Assembly: GCA_001244265.2 (NCBI GenBank)
Contig: CDLV01000007.1
Span: forward strand, 372,001 to 436,000
Origin: Microbotryum violaceum
Taxonomy: Eukaryota
Direction of reading: 5' to 3'
DNA: 64,000 nucleotides
In this document: one piece after another, positions 50,223 through 64,000 of the stretch
Numbering within the stretch: the stretch's first letter is position 1
Layout of the letters: every line of letters starts with the position of its first letter
Made by a program: the position numbers and the translations under genes
Notes under the pieces: generated by a model
The model's database searches: none
The model's input: the letters and a program-made list of their open reading frames with translations, nothing else
Told to the model about the DNA's origin: nothing

Positions 50223-51691
50223 CTACACCAGACACTTTCGGATCTGATCCGGCCGTTCCGCATTCTCCAGCATCGCGGCCCAGGTCCCTACGATTTCTCG
50301 ATCCATCTGGAAGTACTTGCCCAGCCGGTCGATCGGCTTGGGATCTAGATCAATCGCTTTAAACGTACGCTCGAAGCGAGGCTCGTTTGGATTCCCCTCT
50401 GGAAGTCGACGTAGACGCATCATGATGGAGCAGTCTTTGAACGTCGCCGAGAGGAGGTAGGCCAAAATATCTGATCTCAGCTCGTCGGCTTCATTTGAAC
50501 AGCCGCTGAAGGACGAGCCTCGGGACGAAGCAAGCCACTCGACCCATTCGTCTTGTGTGGGTTGCGGACCGAGTGGGGAGAGGTCGACGTCCGTCGAGAA
50601 GAGTGATACGCCATGCACTTGTTCAATTCGTGATGCGAGGCCTTCTATATCGAGACGGTCGAGGAAGGACTGTAGACTGCCAAGCTTTTCGAGAACTGGA
50701 GAATCCATCAGGAAGTTCGTGACAACCTCATCTAAGCCGTCTTCCGGCGCTTCGAAGAAGCTGTCGACAGCTCGCCTGTTTTCATCGGCGATGCCTGGAG
50801 TCTGATCAAGGAGATTCAAAAGTCAGCATCGAAGTACTCATCCAGCGACGCCACGCATTATACCTCATTCACTAATGAGGTGTCTAGCTTCCGTCCCCCA
50901 ACGAATATGCGCATGTTCCCTGCCAATGCTCCTTTCGACTCGCTCGCTCGCAGCGGGTTTAGTGCGCGCACGGCACGTTCGACACGACTCCTATCTCGGC
51001 TGTAAAGATCGAGGGGACAATATCCTCCCTGGTGCGTCTTGATCTCAGATTCTCGGTCCTCTGATTTGTAGTACCGATGCATGCAGAATCGACAATAGGT
51101 CTGTTTGATGTGCTTGGACTCGGAGCTGAGGTGGGTCGGCGAAGGCAAGAAGCCCCATTTTGGCTGTCTCGGCAGGCAGGAAACGAAGTCTGTCGCGTTA
51201 GCTCCTGACGTCCGTCCCTGTTCTTCCATATCTGATCGTATATAACTGGCCTTTATCTCCACGGTCAAGACATCATCCCCATACAGCATGTCATCCGCGA
51301 GGACCACCATTCCGACCTGATCGTCAATCTCGTCCTCCCTACTTCGATGTGCTGGCCTTACACCACTTTCCTCGAGGGCCATCGCCATATTAGACAACCA
51401 TCGTACATTGACCTCGTGTGTCCGCGCCTCGACGACAAAGTCGCTTCCCAACAAAGGCGTGATGATCCTCTCCCCGAACTCGACCTGCACCTCGCTGGGG
51501 ATCGCCGATCCACCGACCTGCGAAGCGCAGCGTTTCCTCTTGCGAAGCCGAAGTAGCTTGCCCTGGAGTCGAGAATCTTGTCCGATGTAGGACATTACAA
51601 GGTTAGCCCCTCCCTCTGCGGCATACCGCCAGTCTTGGTTCGGACCGGCTTGCGAAGTCGACGTCGACTCGAGACAAATATTCTCCGTCAT
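50223..51691 (-). CDS. IPK1: Inositol-pentakisphosphate 2-kinase
   Basis: WRYAAEGGANLV, VEIK|PKWGF, CRFCMH, YCPLDL, TFKDCSIMM, AIDLDPKP. Confidence 0.92.
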
Positions 51692-52073
51692 GGTGAGGCG
51701 TGTACGTCACGAGCCGACCCTTTAACTCCTAGATGTAGAGCGCGCCGTCTATGATGAGAGTCGTATCATGTGAAAGCCCCGCGAGAGACTGAGGCGAGGT
51801 AGACGGACGTTTTGCAGTTGCAATCCGGACTTCTCTGTCTCGCGCCAAAGTCACGTGATTATCGGGCGATTAATTCAGATTTCTGAGAGCGTTTCTACTT
51901 GCTAACGAAGCACTTTCATTTCTTTGTGTGTCCACATTTGGGTAGTTACAACTTTGCCGAGAGATCGGGCAGAACATTCGAGCTCCTTTCTCTTCACCGC
52001 CCGCGCCCGCTTCAAAAGCGGCAAAAGAGCGAGTCACAGTACACGAGTCTTATTCCCATAGGTTTACAGATAT

Positions 52074-52986
52074 TTAAAACTGATACTCCCCTCTGAAAGC
52101 CGAAGCCGGTACGGACTGTGTCCTGCCCAATACCCTCCGATTGCCCGCCGTCGGTCTGGCCTTGGGCAACGCCGATGGCATCTCGTCATCCTCGACGTCG
52201 GTCAAGGCCATCTCTTCGTCCTCTGCTTCACCCATCCCCTCCTCTGTCTCAAAGAACCCCCTCTTGATCCCTTGTGTGACCGTCCGTTGCGAATCATCGT
52301 CGATGGAGATTGCTGCACCGAATTGATGGTCCCCCCCACTTGGCCCAAAGACTTCATCGAGATCGAAACCATCACCTCCATCGTCGCCTCCGCCAGGTCC
52401 AGTCGCCGCCGGTGTCGAGAAGGCCGACATGGCTGCCGTTGCTGCTCCAGCTCCACCCGAAGGTGCAGGCCACACCATACTAGTGCTTGCACTCCCCGCC
52501 GAAGGGTGTCGTCTCAACCCACGTCCTTGGGAAGAAGCGGGGGAAGGTGGGCTTGCCCACATGGGTTGCACCTCCCTCGTTCGGTATTCGGTCACATGCT
52601 CATCACCGAACGTTGCGTTGAGGATGTCGTTGGAGGTGTGGAAGACCGAGTCTTGTTGGGCGAAGGAGAGTACGGGCATCGACTGGGTCTGCATCAAAGG
52701 TCGGCCACTGCCGCCGCTGCTACGGGGGGGTTGGATGCCTTGGCCGAGTCCATAGCCTCGGTTCACGTCTGCGGTGAAAACAGTTGTTGTCAGTAAAGGA
52801 GAACAATATCGAGTCAATGTTAACGGGCTGACTATGGCGGGAATCGACGGCACGTTGTCGAATCACATCCTCGAAGCCGGTGCTCGCCTCGCGCTGGAAC
52901 GACTTGCGGAAATCGCCCGGGTGGGTGGGCGCCGGGGATGCAGAAGGCTGCATCGCCTTTTTCGAAGGGGAAGGAGTCGTCGCCAT
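52074..52986 (-). CDS. Disordered hypothetical protein, weakly Spd1/Dif1 (RNR inhibitor)-like
   Basis: Two-exon model gives DVIRQRAVDSRHNVNRGY plus an acidic C-terminal region; family resemblance is weak. Confidence 0.5.
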
Positions 52987-53414
52987 GGTCAAATGGGGTG
53001 GATGGCACTTAAGAGCGAGCGGAGATGTGGATGATGCGCTGGCCGGAGAAGGAAGCGTCACTCATGTCACTTCCCCTAGTCCCAAGACTGACTCACATCG
53101 CTGGCGGTGGCTCTGAACAAGCGCGTCGCGACGCGTCGAGATCAGAGTGGTCCAGCGTCTTGGAAAGTCTGCTCCGATCTCACCCAATTATGAAAAGAAT
53201 CAGAGTGATTTGGCAAGACAATCTACGACAGAGACTGAGCAAATCAAAAACATACTACAAGAGGTACGAATCCACAGAAGGAGTCCCCGAATACAAAACC
53301 AGAGATACCGATAAGAACCGAAGAAGTGAATCAAGTTTACACTCACCCAGTCAAGTTATGAACACCGAGATATGAACGAGAAATGGCCGCGCTCGCACAG
53401 CAAGTTCAAGCAGC

Positions 53415-56114
53415 TCAGAACGCATTCATCTCGGACAAAGCCCTCTTGCCATCATTGACAAAGCTCATGACCGTCGAAGGTCTCGAAGGCACATGGCGCG
53501 CGACAGTCTTGGGCGTCGAGTTCCACCCTGCGCGATTGACGTTCTCCACACGAGGTGGCGAGCGTTGGCTTTGAGACGAAGCGCGCAATGCGGCGGACTT
53601 GTTCATATGTGGGGCTATGGTGGGCGATCGAGCGCAGGCCATGCGAACGCCCGACCTGGTTGTGCTGGATTTATGACTGCTGCGGGCGAGCGAGCTTGTG
53701 TTGGACAAAGAAGAGCCGGGACGGGGCATGCCAGAGATACCAAGCGAGGATCGTGGTCGGATGGGCGACATGGCGCCGTCAGGGTTGGCTCGGAGCATGG
53801 CTGAGCGATTCAGACGAGGAGTGATCGAGGGGGGTCGGACCACGGCCTGTACGACGATGCTTTGCCGTCGGTGTGGGCCTACAACTGCGCGAAAAGGGTG
53901 GGCACATGAATCAGCCATCCTGAGCATCCAGCTCATCGCTCGTCACTGATCACTACTTACGCCCGACGTGGTCGGAAGAGCTCATCGATTGCCTTCTCAT
54001 CGCACTCGGTGACGGTTCGATACCCAACCCAGCTCGCAAACGAGCCGCTTTCGTCATCTTGGGCTCGATGGCGGGCCTCGCAGTCGACGCCACAGCAACC
54101 GATTCACGTCGCATGCGGCCCAGTCCGCCATCTCGAAGCCTCGAGTCATCCGAGACGACGGATGAGGATCGATCGCGTCGAGGCACGGGAGCAAGATCGA
54201 CCCCGGTGCGCAGTGCCGCCGTTTTGGTCATTCGGGGAACGATCTTTGGCGGCGCCGTCGAGCTGACCGAGACAGACGGACGAAGCCGATCGCCTCCCAG
54301 CGAGGATGCTGATCGGGTAATGGCACCAGCCTCCTCTTGAAGATCCCCCAAAATGACGATCGCTCGGTCCCTGGATGTGGAAGGACTCTCGGGGCTACCG
54401 ACGAGATTGCTCCGTCGTCGCGCAGTCGATCCGGGTGTCGAAGGCGGCGCAGGAACGACCCCTGTGCGCAGGGCTGCGGTCTTGCTCAAGCGCACTTCGA
54501 ATTTGGGCTTATTGATAAGGCTGGCAACAGTCGGTTGGGCCGACAGGCTTTCACGACGGGACATGGCCGCACGCTCGGCCGTGCCGACGGCTTCTCGGCG
54601 AATCGAGGTAGGTGCTACGAAGGAAGCACCGAGCGACGGACGTCCAGAAACGCTGGTGCTGCCGACTCGAAGGACCGACGACTTGGTTGCACGAGGAGTG
54701 ATAGAAGGCGCACCCAGAGACTTGGGCATCTCTACCACTCGAGCAGGCTGGGGAGTCGACAAATTGGCGACGAGGGAGGCTCGAGGTGCCGGGGCCGGCA
54801 ACTCGATCCCAAGTCGGAGCGCTGCTGCTTTGGTCATGCGAGGTTGGATCTTGGGAGCCTGGTGCGTTGTCGAGGCGACGGGTTGGGCTCGGAAAACCCG
54901 ACTGGGCGACGTCAACGATTCTAAGCTGTAGGTCGTGTCCTCTCGACGGACTCGGACGGGCGAGTTCTCATCGCCAAAGTCGGACCCAATCGAGACGGGC
55001 GACATGGGGTACTCGCCGTCGAAGATGGACTCGGGGGCGATCACAGACTCGGCATCATTCAAGTCGCAGTCCACTTGAGCATGATCGACATCGGCGTTGT
55101 CATCAAACTGCTGTTGTTCAGCCTCGATGACTTCATCCGCGTAGTCCTCTACGGCGCCCTCTTGCAGGATTAAATCCGCTTCGTCAACCTCCTCCTCGTG
55201 CGTAGCATAGTCCTCCTCAATCGTCCCGTCTTGAGAAGTAGCCTCAAATCGATCTTCAGACTCGGGCCCGTCAGTCTCAGCCTCAAGCTCGTCCTGCTGG
55301 AACTCGCTTGCAAGTGAAGAAGCAGAAGAGCCGTCGAAGCTCGTCTTTTCCGACGACGAGTCCTCAAAACCATTCGTGGCCGTCTCTATGCTTCCAAGGC
55401 TGGATCCTGCAGCCGCGCGCTGGTGTTGCTGCTGTTTTTGCAGCGCTTCCCTCTGATCGACCTCTCTCAGCGCTCGTTCGATCCTCGGCGAAAGCTTGAT
55501 CGTGCCCGATCTCACGATCCGTTCGGGGATCTGATAGGCGGCGTTGGAGAGCGCAAACGGTTTGGGCGTGGCGTTCACGGCGGACGCGGCCGTAGCTCCG
55601 AAAGAAGGTGATGCAGGGATCGGGGTCGTCTTGTCCGCCGGGGAAGGGGGGTAGATCGCGTCGAGCTTCGGGAACAGCGCTTCAATCGTCAGCTGGGCAG
55701 CCGAGACGGTGGGCGAGCAATGCAGCTTGAGATCGGGGTACGTGTACGAGAGGCTGTTGAAAGAAGTACAACACTCGTTGGCCTTAGGAAATCCCTCGCA
55801 AACACCAAAAACGATGTAACGTACGCATTCTTATTCAACGCACCCGAGCCTTCACCAGCCAGCTCCTTCATCCTCCTCACCGCATTCTCGCACTCGAGCA
55901 CCAGCACCTCGTGCAGCGTAGCACCATCGGCAGCATTCAATGCTTGTCCATTCGCTTCGCCCGTGCCTAGGCCGAGCTCAAGGCCGGCTTCCTCTAGCTC
56001 CTCGCCGACGCACGATTGATGCGCGACGCGACGAAAGCCGTGATTATTCAACAGAGATTGAATCGCGTCCAAGGGGGCTTGAGGACCGAACAAGACCAAG
56101 AGTGTCCGTTCCAT
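53415..56114 (-). CDS. Degenerate NDK-like domain protein with acidic region and basic repeats (putative microtubule-associated)
   Basis: MERTLLVL...VLVLECENAVRRMKELAG...LHCSPTVSAAQLTIEALFP follows the NDK fold pattern; intron 55824-55754; six PRxT/SKxAxLR-like repeats. Confidence 0.7.
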
Positions 56115-56573
56115 GTTCTTGTTTGGTGTCTGGGGTACGTGTTCAAGTTCGAGGGAGGCGAGGCGGGCGCTGTGGGGCTCGATGTTTGTCGTTCAACTCG
56201 CCGTTCGTCCCGGGCTTGCAGATCGATGAGCTCTTGCAGGCACCTGACCTGAATGCGCGAGTTAGGGTAGCAGAAGGCGAGCAAGATGCACTTCTGGTAC
56301 GTGGCCGCACGGAACCGTGTCCAAGAAAGGCTCGATGATAAGGTGACCGTTGAGATAGGGGGCGAGGTTGAATGGAATGAGCGGAGAAACACAAAGGGGC
56401 ACGGGAGGCGCGAGCTCTGCAACATGGAACACCGAGACACGCGCGCGCGCTCGGACCTGTTCACCCCGGACGGGGAACATCAGCCACAGATCACGCGGGT
56501 GAGAGTTCGGTGTGATTGTTACAATTCCTGTTCTATGCCAATAATAAAAAGTGGTGGGTGACACCAGTCCCGC

Positions 56574-59265
<2,692 letters not shown>

Positions 59266-60773
59266 GGCTCTATGATTGGCGCGTCGTCAAACACCTGTTG
59301 TTGCGGCGAGATTGGGAACGAAGCGCTCGCAAGAGAGCAAGGACGTCTGACGTTTTGCCCGAGCCGACGCCTCCTGCCGACTCGACGCGAAGCGCGGCGG
59401 CAGCACCCGGGGCCCGGGACCCGGGACCCCAAAGCCACGGTTACGAAGGCAGTCCTCACCGGTACCAGTGAGAGCTGATTTGATCGCGAGCCTCAGGCTA
59501 AGTGGGCCCCATCACCCGAAGAGCGTCTTGAACACTCAAAATAGCAGGAGAAGGAGATAGTTCTCGAGTCAACGTCTTCACCCCAACCAACTCAAGTTGC
59601 GTCACGAAGACTGAAGCGACAGAGATCGTCAACTTGGTTTTAAACCGGGCCACTGCAGTGCCGACCGATTGACGTGCCGACGAAAAACTTACCAGAATGT
59701 CCGCGTCGGTACAGGCGGGTACAAGTCTCAATCGGATCACTTGTTTGTGCGTTATTTGCTCAATTGCGGTCCAGTGCTCTACTACTAAGTAGAGTCTTCT
59801 ATTTTCGTAGGGACGGACAAGGCCGGACTAGTATTAGCAGTGGCAGCCGTATCATATCCGGGCCGGAGTCGCTTGCACCGAGTCGCCAAGCCAGCTAGGC
59901 ACCTACAAGTTTGGAGCAGACTCTTTCCTGGGTTTCAGACTCGTACGAGCGATTAGTACCTAGTTACCTGCCAGGAACAACTTGTGGACGCCAGGTTTTC
60001 TCTCTCGCCTCACTCATATCGAGTCGTACCCGGCCGCGCCGCCTCTCTCTCTCTCTACGTAATCTTGAGCCCGGTGCAGTGATGAGACTAGTACTCAGCA
60101 TCTACGACAGATCGGAGGTCTAGCTTCCTTTTCCACTTTCCTACCCCCTTTTACTTACTTTCCCAATGTGCGCATCATGCTTCAACAGGAGCCATGTCGC
60201 GAACCTAGACTCGAAGTCAATGGTCAAGTTTTGCTGCCCTTGGTACTCGCTTGGTGAGCTGCTTTGAGGCACTTTGAGGTGGCGGCCCGGCGCCGCGCTC
60301 GGCGAGGAATCGGTCCAGGCCTTTCGGTTCGTTCCCCCACCTGCAGTGGCTAGAGTGGTTCCTTCCGGCCCTTACCGAATCCCAGCGTCGCATCACCCCC
60401 ATCGTCGAGGAACCTGTGGTCCGGTGGACGCTTTGGTCCAAGTTCCAGTTGCAACACTTGTTGCGGCGCCACGACTTGTTCGCCAACCAATCCCGGCCGT
60501 GAGCGGCGTCGTCAAGCTTGGAGCTGGGCGATCAGTGACCTAGTGACCATCGACGAAAGAACGCTCGTGGCGCATTGGTGCAGCCCGCCCTAACGCACGG
60601 CTGCCACACCAGAGGCTCGGAGGTAGGTCTACGCTCAGCGCAGTGTCGCTCTGGGTAACCGAGACTGACTGACTGCTCCCCCACCTACTGTTGGTCGATG
60701 CGGCTTCGATCGCGCTTCGATCAGGTCGTCCAGCCCGAGTAGTGGCCGACACACAAGGGGCCCACCGACCCCC

Positions 60774-63700
60774 ATGTCTCGCCGACTGGCCGACCCTGCG
60801 AGGCCGGGAATAACCGCTCCGGTCCACTCGGTCGTCGAATCTGTCAACACGACCTCGCTCTTTGCGCCAGACCCGAGCCTTCTATCGCATACTTCCGTAG
60901 AGGGCGGCCAGAGCAGCGGCAGTGGTGGTGGCCTGACGAATGCCGGCGTGGCATCGACACAAGCTGCCCAGGCCGGCAGCACGCGACGACGGACCCACAC
61001 CGATTCGACACGACTTGGGCTGCTGTCTCGTCCTTCTCACAACAAGCGGGCCGTCTCGACGGCATCAGCGACCGTGGACCCGCATGTGGCGCTCGCCTCG
61101 GCGTACTCGGAGCTTCACCTCGCCCCGGCGACGCGCACGTCGGTCGTCACGACGACGACGACGACGACCGTCCATTTCGCGCCGATCCTGATACCGCGGA
61201 CACAGCAGATCCAACCAGTGCAATCGTCCTTTTCGGCAGGTCCCCGACGAGGCTCCGTCGGCTCGGCAGCCCCACTCACGCCGAGTTCGACCTTTGCCGC
61301 ACTGCTCGATTCCGAGGAACGTCGAGCCGCCGCCGAGGCTCCGACCGGATCGGAACCACTCCGGCTCGACCCCAAGATGTACCCTCTCAGTCAGGCACCT
61401 TACCCTGGTGGACTCAAACGATTCAAGATGCACGTCGGCGCCCAAAAAGCCGTATTTTACGAAGGCGGCGAGGCGGGGCAGACGAACGATATCGGAATGC
61501 AAGGCGAGTTCGAGTCGTACGACGTCGACGGCACGGCTAGGTTGGGCAGGAGCACGTCGACCGTCCCATTCGTGCCAGGATCTGTCTCGCTCAAGGGAAA
61601 AGAGAGGGCCACTGCCAGCACCAACTCTTTTGCGCAATCGATGAACACGCCGTCGTACCTTTCTCTGGCCAAGACGGAGCGGGGACCGCTGCACCAACGT
61701 AGACTCTTGCGGAGACCTCGCAACTCGATTGGCGGTCACGGCACGGGGGGAGTCGATGGCTTGCCGACGGAAGACGACACGATCGAGGAAGATGACGAAG
61801 ACTTTGGTGGGTCCAATCCTCCTCTTCACTCCGAGTCCGCGCCCATTCATGTCGACGGCGAGGGAATCGGACCACCCCGCAAACGGCCGCGCGCGACCAG
61901 CATCGCCCACCAACGTAGCGAGAGTGTCGATTCCGAAGCAGCACAGAGTCACGCTCCGACGCCTCACGTCGTCCCCACCGTCGTGACGACGCACAACAGC
62001 AGCAATAACAACAACAGCGCCAGCACGAGGAGAAGCAGCGTTGGTGGCCAAAGTCATCAGTTGGGTGGATCGTTGCCCTCTCCGGACCTGAGCCCTCCGA
62101 GCCCCGTGCCCACTTTTGCCGAGGACGATTGCCAAGACGACGAATCAGAGGACCGACCCGAGAGTCCAACCCAGGGTCAGTCCTTGCACGTATACGGCTG
62201 AGCAAAGCCAGCGGTTCTGACCCTTTTCACGATTCACTGTTTGCAGCCATGCGGGACAGCGCTGCCGATGACGCCACGGCTCTGCAGTTCGACCTCGGTT
62301 CGGGCCATGCAATCAGTGGTCTTCTCTCCCTGCCCGACTTTGTGCGCCAATTCGACACTCTCCCGTCTTCGTTGCAGTCCTATTTCATCTTCACGTTCCT
62401 CAAGCGCTCGCCGATTCCGGTGCTGCAGACGATCAACAACATCATCTCCCCCGCTCTGCGTCGTGACTTTCTCACCGACCTCCCTCCCGAACTTGGCGTC
62501 CACGTGCTCGGCTTCCTCGACGCGCGATCGCTTTGTCGAGCCTCAGTCGTGTGCAAAGGCTGGCGACGGCTCGTCGACGGCGACTGGCGCGTGTGGAAGC
62601 AACGGCTTGTGCGCGACGAACTCTGGATAGGCGACGGCTCGGAGGAGATCGAGGCCAAGGAGATCATCACCGGCACCCGCGAGAACCTGTTCCTCAAGCG
62701 CTGGCGGGCCGGCGTGTGGGACAACGAGGCCGGCGTCTCGGCCGCCGAGGCCTGGGCCGGAGAGGACTTTGTCATGCACATCGAAGGTCTGCGCGCACAG
62801 ATCGACTCGGACGAGTACCTGGCGGCCAGTTCTGCTTCGGCGGCACGCCGACCGTCGCAAGCGTTCCGGCTGGCGTCACCGCAGTCGTCGCGCGAGGCGT
62901 CACCCTTTTCGCAAGGCCACTTCGTGCATCCATTCAAAAAGCTTTACCAGCGACGATTTGAAGCGCGCGGCAACTGGATGCACCGGACGCCGAAGAGCAT
63001 CAGTTTCGCTTGCAACGCCAATAACGTCGTCACGTGCCTGCAGTTCGACAAGGACAAGATCGTGTCGGCGTCGGACGACCACTCGATTCACGTCTGGAAC
63101 ACGCGCACGGGGGAAGCCAAGGCTCAGCTGCAAGGCCACGAGGGCGAAGTGTGGGCCCTGCAGTACGTCGGCAATGTCCTCGTCTCGGGCTCGACGGACC
63201 GCACCGTTCGCGTGTGGGACCTCGACCAAGGGCGGTGCACCCACACCTTTGTCGGCCACACCTCGACCGTGCGCTGCCTCCAGATCATCGAGCCGCAAAA
63301 CGTCAATCCCGACTCGAGCGGTGTCCCCATCTGGGAACCTCCATTCCCGCTCATCGTCACGGGCTCTCGCGACTGGTCGTTGCGCGTCTGGAAGCTGCCG
63401 ACGCCAGGCAAGGATGCTGACTACCAGCCGACGGTCCCGCAGTCGCCGACGGAGGAGAACACGGATCCCGGCGAGAACCCATACCACTTGCGCCACCTCG
63501 CTGGTCATCGACACGCTGTGCGGGCGCTGGCGGCGCACGGGCGCATCGTCATCTCGGGCTCGTACGACTGCCACGTCCGCGTCTGGGACGTTATGACGGG
63601 CCAGTCTCTGCATCGCCTGACGGGCCACACCCAAAAAGTATATTCGGTCGTGTACGACCATCGTCGCGACCACTGCGCTTCGGGGTCGTTGGACGGCACC

Positions 63701-64000
63701 GTGCGCCTCTGGTCGACCAAGACCGGCCAATGCCTCGCGACCCTGAACGGCCATTCGTCGCTCGTCGGTCTCCTTGGCCTCTCGCACCGCAATCTAGTCT
63801 CGGCGGCCGCGGATTCGACCCTGCGCATCTGGGATCCCGTCACGGGCGAGTGTCGGCACACACTCGCAGCGCATTCAGGCGCCATCACGTGCTTCCAGCA
63901 CGACGAGTATAAGGTCGTCTCTGGCTCTGACGGCACACTGAAGATGTGGGACGTACGCGATGGCTCGTTCACGCGGGATCTCCTGACAGGGCTGACGGGC
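60774..64000 (+). CDS. CDC4: F-box/WD40 protein Cdc4/Fbw7; truncated by window end
   Basis: F-box RDFLTDLPPELGVHVLGFLDARSLCRASVVCKGW; WD40 repeats VVTCLQFD, GHEGEVWAL, GSTDRTVRVWD, GHTSTVRCL, GSRDWSLRVW, HSGAITCFQHD; intron 62176-62247. Confidence 0.93.

Overview
Eukaryotic, GC-rich, intron-dense DNA. Short GT-AG introns with CTRAC/CTAAC branch points and the gene repertoire indicate a basidiomycete fungus, probably a Microbotryomycetes-like yeast (inference). About 23 protein-coding genes are present. Most are housekeeping: chromate transporter (partial), arylamine N-acetyltransferase, OTU1, a PUB-domain protein, NDUFA9, UDP-galactose transporter, NAT3, MCH1-like MFS, secreted alkaline phosphatase, Pmp3-like, UPF0658, Slm1-like PH protein, STU2/XMAP215, C2H2 TF, IPK1, LETM1/MDM38 and CDC4 (partial). 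Notable non-routine items: (1) a stand-alone Ty1/copia-type gag ORF with an intact CCHC knuckle, no pol, no LTRs and apparent spliceosomal introns in its UTRs, lying directly downstream of a stand-alone RNase H1 hybrid-binding-domain gene to which it could be spliced in frame; (2) a 1.2-kb internally deleted Mutator-like transposon with long TIRs and a 9-bp TSD; (3) a degenerate NDK-domain protein with six PRxT/SKxAxLR repeats; (4) three GC-AG introns, one splitting the IPK1 EIKPKW motif. Gene coordinates are genomic spans including introns and were inferred by eye.
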